A stretch of 64,000 bases of DNA from Balanoglossus misakiensis (Eukaryota; Animalia; Hemichordata). The notes under the pieces were generated by a model. That model searched no databases. It saw nothing but the letters and a program-made list of their open reading frames with translations, and was not told the origin of the DNA. Both the position numbers and the translations under genes were made by a program. Position 1 is the stretch's first letter. The number at the start of each line of letters is the position of its first letter. Positions 37,574 through 49,800 of this stretch are shown piece by piece. The stretch lies in contig CM082576.2 in NCBI GenBank assembly GCA_040954595.2, forward strand, positions 13,395,129 through 13,459,128. The letters run 5' to 3'.

Positions 37574-37832
37574 TTACGCAGTTCCGGCCAAGCAGCTCAG
37601 ATGTTGGGGCGGAGCGGACAGCGGGTCCTGGGCGCACTGGTACAGGTGATGGTGGCCGTGGTGGAAATACTTGGTGTCGCACACGACGACGGGGAGGGAG
37701 TGGTTGACGTCGGCCGTGTGGTGGACGACTTTGGTGGTAGGCGCCACGGAGAATCGCAGGTCGTGGCTCGAGTCCTGCACGTGGTGGTTCATCATTCGGT
37801 GGGACGCCGTCTTGTCCATCATCGGTTCGTCG
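37574..37832 (-). CDS. Six4/5: Six4/5 coding exon 2 (His-rich C-terminus SDEPMMDK...LAGTA*)
   Basis: T-rich tract plus gacag acceptor, phase matches exon 1, GC3-rich codons like exon 1; ORF 37574..37960 overlaps. Confidence 0.8.
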
Positions 37833-40129
37833 CTGTCAACATTGCAAATAAAAAACATGGACGTTTCTTTAGAAGTGTGAAACAGTGAGTGAGTGTGTAT
37901 GTGAGTGAGTGAGTGAGTGAGTGAATGGGTGAGTGAAGAAATTGCTTCAAGATCAAACACGACATAGCTCCCCGCTATATGGCAATACCAAAAACGAATA
38001 CATTAACTAAATACGAAACTACAGTCTGAAAATTTGGACGCTTGGGCTTCTAATTATATTATATTACAAGATAGTTTGGAATGTAGAGAGGCTAATTTTA
38101 CACTATATTGCAAATCACCGCGATTGACTATGTCTACCCAACAATTTGTGCGTGATTGATAAGACATTTTAGGTGTCAGTTAACCCAGGCCAGATTTTTT
38201 CTAAAAAGCATCTCAGTTACACGATAGATACAAAGGGTTGTAACTCGCAAACCCATCATTTGCTTCTGAATGCCCATTGACCTCACCAATACCTTTTACA
38301 CGCAGATACGGTTACCGGATGATTAATATTTTGTCAAATCAGTCTGTCGCCCGAGGGAGTTTTCCTATAAATTGTTTAATTTTTTTTAAAGTGCAGACAA
38401 GGTATTCATTAAAAAGACAAGCTTTGATAGCTCCGAAGCCTGGGAAATATTGCACAATTGCCAGAGAAAAACACACCAAAACAAATAAACCAAAACAAAC
38501 AAACACCGGACTGTTAAACATTCTCTATCCTCTGAAATTCGAATAAGTGGGCCTATTCGTACCAATTTTCACAAATTTTCTGAGGTTCGCATTGGGGTTC
38601 CACTCTGATGTCATCAAAATGCACATGACTTTGACTCCTACCGACAAAATCATTTCCCGACCGTTCTTGACAAGCAGATCGTCAAATTGGAAGATTATCG
38701 AATATGATCGTTTAAAGAGCAACTTCTGGATTTTAAAAAGTATTTTCTTTTAAATTTCGGCTAAATATTGTCTTGTTTTCCTCCCTATAGTATCCAAAAA
38801 TACTGTGTACAGAACGTTTGTTATCGTTGACAAATCTACAGTATTCAAGTCCGGACTTGAAAACAGTTTTAAAACAACAACAGAGTGGGTAATGCCCGTA
38901 TTGGCTTGAGTTCAGAGGATAAATGATGTGATTCTGATGTAGAAAGCCGACCGAGAAACCATGGTTTACACACAGAACACAAATACTGAAGATTATCATT
39001 GAACTTCAGTGTGATTGTTGACTCTACTACAGAAAGGCCAAGAAAACTACGCTTTCGAGAAAACACGGATTGCTGTCGGCTACCAAAAGGCTTGCGAATA
39101 TGTCTTGTCACCGACGAAAAAACAACTAGGCGTACATCCACCCAACTATACTGCCAAACAGATGGTTGCTGTGTATTTGCAAAGACCAACGCTCGGGGCA
39201 CAATTTAATACTCAGATTTTTTGACAGGTATCATTAATATGAAGCGCCCGAACAAAGTTATCTCCAGATCTACCGCTTTTATTAAAGGGTACTAGGAGGC
39301 TTGGCTACGTTTGACAGCGTCGTGAGTAAGCACAATTAGACAGCAATCCGTGGCCCTCGGGTCAAATCTTATCTATACGTCATGCACCACATTTCTTTTT
39401 TTCTCGCTTCTAGTAAAAAAAATCCTGTTATTGAATGTCGACTTTCTTCTCCTATTAGCTCTGGGAAGGAAGGGTTAACCGGCTTCTACAGACACGGTCA
39501 TCCGTTTAAAATTCGCCCTTTACAGACAGTTACAATTGCGCGGCCTTTCGTAGTACGTGCAAGACAAAACAGTCTGTGGCCAGGCGCTGACTTGGCAAGG
39601 CCAACGCTGAGCGCAGCCGCCGACTACACTAAGAAATGTACGGAAAAACATGCTCGCCCAATGATGGAAGGGAATTGAAAAGAAATTAACTTCACAACAC
39701 TTGTGTGGACGACCCACATTAGTTTGAACTACACCGAATTTCCTTTAATCACAGGTGCTACAGAATGATTTGAGAGGCGCATAAATAAAATAGCTGAGTT
39801 CACACAATTATTCATAGCATCTTCGACGACCTGTGACTGGCGGTGATAATAAAGTATACGACAGGTAACGCAGTCCGGTACCTTCGCATTGTCTCTTGCC
39901 CCGTTTGCTAAACTGGGTTACGAAAACAATTCATATGAATATCATTGGCATTTCAAGTCCTAAACACTTAACATTAAAACTGGCCTCTCCCCTGTATTTT
40001 ATCCTGCAGTAACTTCATGGTAAATAGAGTTTGCAAATTGACTCAATATATTATAAAACAAATCAACAATACTCTGTTTACATCCTACGGCCGAGAACAC
40101 ACATACATGTACACACCAACAAACACCTT

Positions 40130-40202
<73 letters not shown>

Positions 40203-43200
40203 CAGTGTGTGTGTGTGTGTACATGTATGTATGTATGTATGTATGTATGTATGTATGTATGTATGTATGTATGTATGTATGTATGTATGTATGTATGTAT
40301 GTATGTATGTATGTATGTATGTATGTATGTATGTATGTATGTATGTATGTATGTATGTAGGTATGTATGTATGTACGTTCTACAGAACAGCATCGTTTGC
40401 GGCATACAGACTAAAGATGGCTGAAAGCGGTGAGATCGTAGGAAGGTAAGAACCACGCAGTAATTTCCCCGGTGACTTTGTTCTAGCCCACATTTCGAGT
40501 GAATACCCGTACACCAATTTAAATTGGTTGCATTCAAAAGAAGAATTGTTGGTATAGAAATCGGTTAGTTGGTGATAAGCGCTCGGCCGATAAAATCTCA
40601 TCAAGATTCTCCGAAATAAAGGGGCACGGATTCGCTTTGGCAGTCAAGTGGATAAACAAGCACGGATGTCTCATTGTGCATCCCATGAAAGAACAAACAA
40701 ATATTTGAGACGCCACGCCCCCTCGACCGCGACCGCAGTGTGTGTGTGTGTCCACCTGGCCCCAAAGTTTCATTTTAATTAAAGATGCCAAGTGGAATGC
40801 ACTTTTGTCACACGCCGTGTGTACAGGTAAAGACAGGAAAAATCTGACGGGTTTGCACAATGGGAGTGGAAGCGAAGAAGCGAAAGAACGGCTAATCATC
40901 ATAGGAAATTTCATCCAATCGTTTCCATCTACAAATCAAAACAATCGCGCGCGAGTGACGCAATCCGCGCGATCCACGATGACGGGAGTTGGGAAAGGGC
41001 TTTTCCACATCAAACACTTTGTGATTTCCACACAACAAAGCGGGACCATGACTATACATTTAGTGGTCGGCTCCGCTGGACAGATTGAATGAATTGTCTT
41101 GGTGGAGCATGACCTAGACTCATCAATTATCTTGCGTGCTGTCGATATACCAACACACGTTCGTTCATTCATTCATTCGTTCATTACACCCGCATTCACA
41201 CGACGTCACCATTTATATTGGAACTTGAATGAGCAACACTTTTTAAAGGTTATCACAGATAAGGACTGGGAGATGCTTCTCCGGAGAACATCGCAGCCGT
41301 TCATTTTCACCGGTCAATTTCGCTCGTAATTATTTCGCATTAAAAAGAAATGCGCCCGGAGGACCACACAGAGCACGGTCCCTCCGAACAGACTGGCCAA
41401 TTTTACCGCTTGGTTTCGCGAGAAAGGAAGTCTAGCACGGCAGACAAACAGAGGACAGTTCTATGGGGGATACAAACCATCAGACGCCAAATCAACGATT
41501 ACCACGGGGGAAGGATCACCAACGAAAACACAATAATTATATGCCTGCGCGGATGATGAAAGTCCGTTTCTGACAGCGATGGGACGAAACACTGCTAGGG
41601 AGCGATTTTTTACACCGAAATGCGAACTGACAGAAGTCTGGGACAAGTGACCCCCATGGCGCCAATACAGCGATAACCAAACTCCCAGCAACTTTAACGC
41701 AAGGTCGCTTTGCAGATAACAATATACACTTGCCAATAAAATCGAACGTATTTGGAAACGCGGTGTCACCGACCAAAATATCATTCCCATGCCCAAAAGA
41801 TAAACGATGTTTTGATTCAGTGTTTTGACTATGGGCCTTCCTTGTTTGTTTTTATCACGAGTTAAGCTGTACCGTGGATTCCAAACTTACGCCAAGAGAA
41901 ACCGTATGTGGTCAGTTGACCAGATAACAACCAGAAACAGTCAAAACGCTATACATAAACAATCACCGTATAAAAGCGGCAAAAAACTAACTGACTGGCT
42001 TGCTTGCTTATTTTCTCATCTATATCACTTGGTTTATTTGGGATTCGCCGTGACGGAAGTTGGTGTTTGGGAGTAACAAGACGAGGGAGGCCAGGCCAAG
42101 CTGCCGATAATCATTACAAGGGGGTCCTGAATAGCACAATAGGGGTAATGTCGGTGCTAAATTGAGCTTACAGTTGGATTTATAGTGGACCACTTAAAAG
42201 CGTCATTACAGTGTGATGAAGTGTCCACTTTTATGACCATGGGAGTATTGCATGTATGTAATGGTAGTACACAAGTTTTTAAAGAAGTCAATAAAGCGTA
42301 TGAGACGATGATCGCTGAAAACATAACACTGTGTTGAAGTCAGGGGAACAAAGTACGACGGACAATGCATGACAGTACATGCACTATAAAACAGTAAGAA
42401 GATGACAGGTATTTGTTTGTGTTGGTTTATGTCGGATATTATAGTATTGCCACGAACGAGAAGATGGCAAGACTGTCGTGCCAAAAACTGGGAAATGTTG
42501 TACACACCTTCTGACAACTGGGGGTGCTCGGTCTCTTTGGCGCCTGTTCTTGAACCAGTTGCTGACTTGAGTCAGAGTGAGTCCCGTCACTTTGGCCAAG
42601 TTTCGTTTCTCGTCCGGGGTCGGGTATCGATTCTGTTTGTAACACTCTTTCAAGGCTGTGCGCGACTTCTCCTTGAAGCAGTACACGGTCTCCTCCCCGT
42701 CCCATATGGTCTTCGGCAGAGGAAATTTCCTGCGGATTCGGTATTTGTCCACCGCCCCCAAGGGTCTCCCGCGTATCTTCTCGGCCTCGATGTAGTGCGC
42801 CTTGTACCACAGATTCTGCAGTTCGCCGTGGTACTGCTGATCGAAGTTGTGGCTCTCCAGGATGGTGTACAGTTCTTTGAAATTGCCACGGTGGAAGGAG
42901 ACGTTCGCCCGGGCCCTCAGCACGCTCTCGCTGCCCCGCAAAAGTTCGTTCGGCGGGAGGGACCACAGGAACTGCGCCAGTCTCTCCACGTTGCCACTCT
43001 TCTGCAGCGCTTCGCAGACGCACGCTACCTGCTGCGGGGAGAATGTCAGTGTATTGGCACCACCACCACCACCACCGCCACCGTCTGTGTTCGACTCCTC
43101 CACCACCACCGCTGCTGGCCTGCCGCTGCTGCTGCTGCTGGAGTCGATGTTGGCAACCACACTGATGGTATGATTCGGGTTGATGTTCTCTATCTGAGAC

Positions 43201-43214
43201 GTCATCCTGGTCAT
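37574..43214 (-). CDS. Six4/5: Six4/5-subfamily homeobox protein (SIX domain + homeodomain), complement join(43214..42508, 37832..37574), 321 aa
   Basis: SIX domain [30 protein letters not shown]...[26 protein letters not shown] followed by homeodomain [11 protein letters not shown]...[11 protein letters not shown] (K50). The tetrapeptide ETVY diagnoses Six4/5 (Six1/2 has ETSY, Six3/6 has QKTH). The phase-2 intron AG|gtgtgt...ttgacag|C gives 966 nt in frame to TAA. Confidence 0.93.
37884..37935. repeat. Degenerate (GAGT)n microsatellite just upstream of the Six4/5 exon 2 acceptor
   Basis: Directly visible. Confidence 0.8.
40132..40375. repeat. Compound microsatellite (TG)n + (ATGT)n in the Six4/5 intron
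   Basis: (TG)n 40132-40220, (ATGT)n 40223-40375. Confidence 0.97.
42508..43214 (-). CDS. Six4/5: Six4/5 coding exon 1 (poly-Ser/poly-Gly N-terminus, SIX domain, homeodomain)
   Basis: First in-frame ATG at 43214 (alternative ATG at 43205); donor just after the homeodomain, as is usual for Six genes. Confidence 0.95.
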
Positions 43215-43439
43215 CAATACACCGAGGGGACAACCAGTGTTGGGTATCAAATGCCAAAAAAAAATTGAGCAGACCACGATTGGAGTATTCTCTCAAATTC
43301 GGTTGTTTCCGATTCCGCAGTAAACGGTAAACGTATACCCTATACAAATTGATGAGCTGAGTAGCATATGGTGTTATCAGAGGTAATACTATGCCCCTCA
43401 AGTGTATTCCCGTGACTTCTCTCTCCGTATCATCTATGC

Positions 43440-43560
43440 GCGCCGCATATAATTACCGGGTCTGGACAGTCACATGCACGATTGGGCCGCACGTTGACTA
43501 TCAACACTTGCTTTTGATTGGCCGGTTCTCTGTTCCCCGACTTGCCCGTCCCGGAAGTTC
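43440..43560 (-). promoter_or_regulatory. Putative Six4/5 proximal promoter
   Basis: Two CCAAT boxes on the minus strand (ATTGG 43481-43485 and 43517-43521, 36 bp apart), an ETS site CCGGAAGT 43551-43558 and an AT-rich TATA-like segment ~43447-43455, all 230-345 bp upstream of the ATG. Confidence 0.55.
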
Positions 43561-46431
43561 TCCACTGGAAGACACCATTATCTTGGCAGGGTTTAAGTGT
43601 GTCGCCCCAAACCTTAATCATTTTGACTCTCACTTTTCACCAAGGACATGGCAGGGCATCAGCGAGGTAAAATGTCATTTTGGAGAGTGAGTTTGCGGCT
43701 TTAAAACTCATAGCCCCTTGGTCTTCGAAAACACCAAACTACCAGAAATTCGTTTCCACCAGACAGCCTCAGTCTGCTCACTGCCTCGCAAGTAATTATG
43801 CTTTAAACGGCCATATTTTCGATGACATGACTTTCGTATAATATGGAGAGTGGTCTAAGAGGTAACATGATGGAATCTGGCCGTAAAATTAAAAGCGCCG
43901 ACACACTTGAGACAAAATGCTTTGAAGACAAAAATTAACCATCGTTAAACCCGGTCGTCATAGATTGGCGAAAATCGCTGTGGAGCTGATGCCAGTGTGT
44001 GCCGATGGGAATGATGATTTTTTTAAATGAAAATTGAACATATGTTACCTCCTGACATTGAATAAATCCAGACACAAGTTTTACACTCACTTTTGCGAAA
44101 AGACAAACAAAATCTGAATGTTAACAGCCCCCTGCCATCAACTTGAAAAAAAATCACAATAATGACACGGGTAAAAACGTATTTTTTTCGCAAAAAGGTC
44201 CTCTGTTCAAACTTTCCAAAAGTTTTTTTTTGCGAGAGAAAGATTCTAGTGAAAGCAGATAAATTCCTCTCAGTTGATAAACATTATTGACTGAGGCCGG
44301 CGAGTCTTTTTCAGTTATGGCGAAGTAATATTTTTGTTTAAGCCATGGTGGTTATTCAACCAGGCACAAACTTTTCCGATACAATGCTGACCAACCACGA
44401 TGTTCGCTCGCTGTTTCTTATCATTATTTTTACGCATTTTGATTGAAAATGGCTGCAATGGGCAAAATAAATTGAGCAGCAGAGTAAATCTGTCAAAAAG
44501 CTTGTGTGACTGTACGATGGTGAGAACGCTTGTTTTATACTCTACTCAATCTCCAGTTACCGTTATCACACCAATCTGTGTCAGATTTTCTCCCCGTCGA
44601 GTTCTAAGTTGCGTTTTTAATGTTTTTTACACAACAAAACAACATTAGCAATTTTAGAACTGGTACTATAAGTTTTACGTGACTTTGACTGTTTGCAGTT
44701 CGCTTGTCGACACGAGCCAAAAGTAGGCTTGCCATTGGTTTATTGAAAACCACGTGACAAATGATCGAACATCTTGAGCTCAGGTACAGCACTTACAAGG
44801 TCGCTAACTGTTTGATGTTATTTGATTATTTTCTTCAGAGAGGCACTTTTTGAGATGGCTTAGCGCGGGTACATTTCGTCGGACGTTATAAGGAATATCA
44901 TAACATTTTTGTTAAAAAGTATGTAGTCCTACGTAAAGTGGTAACTGGGAATAAAGAATTGTTGTAACGGTCGATCTTCTGTTCCGCCAGTTTGATTGTC
45001 AGATGTGTGATTTTTTTTTCTAAACGAAGATGTCAATTTTTAAAATTTTAACGTTTTTCATAGAATCAGTTCAAGAGACAAGAAACATGAACGTCGTTCC
45101 AGAATCGCGCTGAATATGTAAATTCTCTTGCGATGTTTACAAATCGGACGCGACACGGTCGGCACGGCAACAATCTGCCCCCATCCACCTCTACCATATT
45201 CATAACAACGGGTGCCAATAAATAATTGAGTAGCACATGCGATTCTATATGACATTTTTTGTATTGAAACGTGCCTGTCGTAAATTCGACTCGTACAAAG
45301 GAAGACAATATGTTTCCAAAATGGACACATTTCACACCCTTAATTGTTGAATTCTCCTCGCAAATTAAAGCTAATCCAAAGTTTGCGGCAACGAATGAAG
45401 ATTTGTGCGACGTATTGAAAACCCGATGCAACGAACTCTTCCTTGCAGCGGGTACTTCTGTTCGACAGAACAGTGACAAAAAAGAGAAGAAAGGCAAAGA
45501 AAAAGTAGTCTAACGTAAAAAATGACACGGAATGCATGTGTGAATACGAAGGGCAGGAACGTAGACTGATGAGCAGCTATGCGCGAAGGCACAAATGAAC
45601 AATGATTTCTCCGTTAAATAGAGATAGCGACTGACTTAATGCAGATCAAAAGAGACAAAATGAGTCTCTTTTGAAAACGCCTTTCCTATGAGAAACCCAT
45701 CAAAAGTAAATTATCTCCCGACAATAGCTCAGCCAAATGGTTTCTGGCGTTTTTCGTTATGAAGAGAAAAGTTGAAAATACCCCCTAATGGGAATAGAGG
45801 GGATAATCCGCCACTCCGGCATCAAGCATCAGCGCAAAACAAATGATCCCAGACTCCGGAACTCTAATAGAATAATCCGACTATGCCGACTCAAATCATC
45901 CATTCCAAAAAGCTTAACGTGTAAGTCGGATAAATAAGCCCCCGGAATAAAATAACCGGCATTCACCCTGGGAAGTAGGTTGGCAAATTACAATCTTCTG
46001 TCGCTTGGCGTGAGCAGGAAATTGAACATGTTAAGAGATGTTCTTGTCATAATGACACCATGATCTGACTTTCGGATTCCTACCCTGCCCAGATCTGTCT
46101 GCTTGCGTTCTAAAAAAAATCCCTCTACTGTTATTTTGGGTTACACACTTCGCAGCGGCGACTAATTGAGCGTCGTCGTGCTTTCAGTCGGTCTGCTGCA
46201 TATTATGGGATATAAGTTCTTTGTGGGGGAAGTGAAGGGGCTGCACGAAATATCAATAAAGGCGTGATGTCACCACTTTCAGCATGTTGCATATAATTAG
46301 AATCCGTCGACCGTCAAGATAATCTTTATCACTTTAACAATCGATTAGTCATCGAGCATATATTGTGCAGCGGCGCAGAAAAAAATGGTGTGTGTAGAAA
46401 AGTAAAGTGAGATGTGGTGTGGTGCGATGTG

Positions 46432-46820
46432 GTGTTGTGTTGTGTTGTGTTGTGTTGTGTTGTGTTGTGTTGTGTTGTGTTGTGTTGTGTTGTGTTGTGT
46501 TGTGTTGTGTTGTGTTGTGTTGTGGTACCGTATGATGTGGTGTGATGTTATGATTGACATGGCATGACATGAAATATGTGTAACACGATAGGCTATGGCG
46601 CATGATATACAATATGACGATACGACGGTGTGATATCAAGTAACATGATGCGATATGGTAAACACAATAATACGATACAGGATAATGAAGCTTTTGGTTA
46701 ATAGCACACTACAAAATGACATGACATGGCATATAACATTAACGAATGGTATTATACAGTGTTATCATGTTATATGACGATGAGATGCGAGATAATATTA
46801 TATGATATACGATATGATAC
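46432..46820. repeat. (GTGTT)n microsatellite grading into degenerate 5-bp period repeats (ATGAT/ATGAC/ACGAT)
   Basis: Perfect part 46432-46524; decayed pentamer periodicity continues to ~46820. Confidence 0.9.
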
Positions 46821-49800
46821 TTCCGCCCAACCTTTTTATGACAGTCCTTCCATTAACTGACCTGTCAAATAAATTCTAACCTTGTATTTAATTAAATACT
46901 TCATTAACGCATACATTTTATTTCAAGAAGATCCGCTACTCGGAGTCATGTCGGCGGAGATAATTAGTGTATGATTGGGATAGAGTCCGTCAACTTGTTT
47001 TCTGAAAGAGTTAATGTTATTTTGAAAGCTTCTTTGTCGATGGCAGAGTGCCATTCGCCAATTGTGTGTAATGATGATGACCGGTGAGGCCTTTGTACCG
47101 GAGATGCTCAGACAATGAAACATAGAGTCTACAAAGCCACCAGCAATGCAATAATTTAATTTGGTTAATTGTGTCAAGCCATTGTCCGGCTTCCCTTAAA
47201 CACACACATGCGAGCGCACGAATACAAACACACACATAAGACCAGGAAAATAAAATATGTCCCTGTTTTTTTTTTTTTTTGGCAAAAAGAGCGTTAAGCA
47301 ATTTATTTAAACATTTCAAAATTATTCCATTATTGAAACAAGGTTGAGGCAAATATAACGCACTGTTTTATCTAAATTTTAATTAATTAGTCAGACATGC
47401 CTAACTTGGTACATTGACAATATACTATGATGTATAGAAGCACGTCAAAACTTATCAAGATATGATCCAATGTGGCCGCTGGGCGGCCATTTTGTTATGA
47501 CATTTTGCATGCCCGGAGCCATTACTCGGATAAGTTTACATGTTGGTTATAGTAGTATGATTATTGTTTTACCATTGAAACAATAATCAGTGATGGATTT
47601 GGGCAATCTAAAATAATTTTAGTGCTTGCACGATGGCCTTTTGGATCATATTGTCAAACCAATCGAGGCAGTGCCATGGAACGAAAAGAATCAAAGTTGA
47701 TAGATAGGAGCCAGCACAGACATGCCTGAGTTAAAGGGACAAAGCCGCTTTACGTTTGACATCATTTTAATAATTCTTCAGATGTAGTCTTGTGTTATAC
47801 CTATGTTCAGGGTGCGGTTTGAGTCACTTGTTACAACTGGTCATTTCGCATGCATTAGACAATCGAATATAATAAATATAGCCCTTCAAATGAAATAGAT
47901 ATAATAAAAAATACGTGAAATGTCAAAAGTTAGCGATTTTACAAACCACAAACTTTTCCTAAATTTTGTCAGCGAGGGATTCTAAAATCACACTTGATGA
48001 CTGGACACACACGCCCGTCTTTCTTCATTTATGTTGAACAGTTTTTGGGTTACTACGGTAACATTGACTTTTAATGCTTTTGAGGATACGCATTTTGTGC
48101 TCGTCCGACAAAAGTCCCCCCACAATAAGAGTTGACATTTTAAATGACATATTTACTTTAATCTTATTTGTAACTACTGTCCTGCTGCGTTGTTATTGTC
48201 GGATAGATTCTCATTCCTGGAGTACTTTTTGAAAACAAGTCTGTGGCGTGTCGTAGTGAATGGGAAAGTGTGAAATTTTGAAATATGTGTGTGAAAGTAT
48301 GAATCTTCGTCACAACTGAGTTGGAACACAAAAGCGGATATGAAACTATGTACTGATAGGGAAGTGTGCAACTCTGCGCGTGATACTTTCCATGTCAATA
48401 ATAATTGTCAGTGTAAAGTTTTATTGACTCATATCATCTTTACAGTAGTAGAATACACTTTTAAAAATCAGCCTGAGATTATTTAGCAAGCTTCCTTTTA
48501 TGCAACGACAGTTCATTTTTTCAGTCTCGAACAACACATCTTACTGCCTGGTCAAGTCATTTTCCACGTAAACATTTGAATTAAGAATCAATAAACCACG
48601 AATAAAAGAATGACAGTTGACCAAAATACTGAACATTCGAGAGTATCATGAGCCATGCAACAAAAATGATAACAAATCTGCCCCGTCAGTTTGAGAGAAT
48701 ACAAGCTTTTATCCGTTTATCACATTTTACACTCGCCATCAGAAACGAAGGACAACACTTTGAAAGCGCCGGCAACAAAATCTCTCCTTTTTTTCCACGC
48801 TGATTTTCCCCGCTGTTCCGAAGCACTGCATTGTATACCACGGTTCTAGAAAATGATTGATCCTTCAAATATAATGCTTCAGGCATCTAAAATGACCGAA
48901 AAAAGTCAGCCAGCTCTGCATTGACGACGCGGAACAACGGGCTTTGGGAGAACATATGGGGGGACATCTGATAGCCGCGGCGTGTATCTGGTATCAGCTA
49001 TCACCGCGTCAGATGTGTTTTTTTTTGCGCAGATTCATTTCTGAGAAGCGAAGTCGACATCAAATCATGCCTCAGAGATTACTCTTTAACTTTTCATTAT
49101 TCGGGGGGTTGAGACGCAGCATTCGTGCCATTCAATCGCCATAGAAATGCGGCAGTTTAAATACCAAACCCGGAGCAACTGCAAGATCAGGTTTCCATTT
49201 TTTTGTATTTTCTCCTCCGACATCAAAAGCAAATGCAGCGTTTCCATCGAAAGCACTCGTTGTGTGTTCATGACAGGCTTACAAATACGAGCAAGGCTCC
49301 GGGTTCGGGAGTAAAATTCGAAGGCGAAATAATGAACTGTTTAGCGTCTTTTGCCGTACGAATTGAAGACCGACTTACGGCAACAGTTTAAAAAGATTAT
49401 ACGACTGTCACTCTTTAAAAAACAATAGAAATCTTTATAAATCATAAGAGATATCAGATTGATAGGTTCATGTAAACACAAATGACTCTAATGATCGTTG
49501 TCGTGGTATTCAGCATGACAATTAATACATGTGCGCTGCTCCTAGTTAAATAATCATTTAAGTGTTAAGATTCTTGAATCACTGTTTGGGCCGTAAAACC
49601 ACAATGCTATAGAACCACGCCACCAGCAACGAGTCCAGAGTAAATGGCTCCTAGACAATATTGTGTGATCTACGTGACTGTGAACGTACCATGACCCGGT
49701 CATTGCCTTCCAATGACATCACTGAAAGATTTTACTGTATATTGGTTTCTACTGTGAATCTGAGCAAAATTCTCGAAAGCATATGACGTTACAGCCCACC

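Noticed and set aside
32802-40375. (CATA)n and (TATG)n as long-range complementary arms around exon 2
   Set aside because: Very common microsatellite class, and the 32.8 kb copy lies beyond the likely poly(A) site.
43126-43141. (CTG)n next to a SIX5-like gene, analogous to the DMPK/SIX5 repeat
   Set aside because: Only ~5 units, encoding the poly-Ser of exon 1; no DMPK-like gene here, so coincidental.
42508-43214. Assignment to Six1/2 or Six3/6
   Set aside because: The homeodomain N-terminal tetrapeptide is ETVY, not ETSY or QKTH.
32601-46639. MYVC-, HTYI-, CV- and HNTTQ-repeat ORFs
   Set aside because: These are translations of (CATA)n, (TG)n and (GTGTT)n microsatellites.
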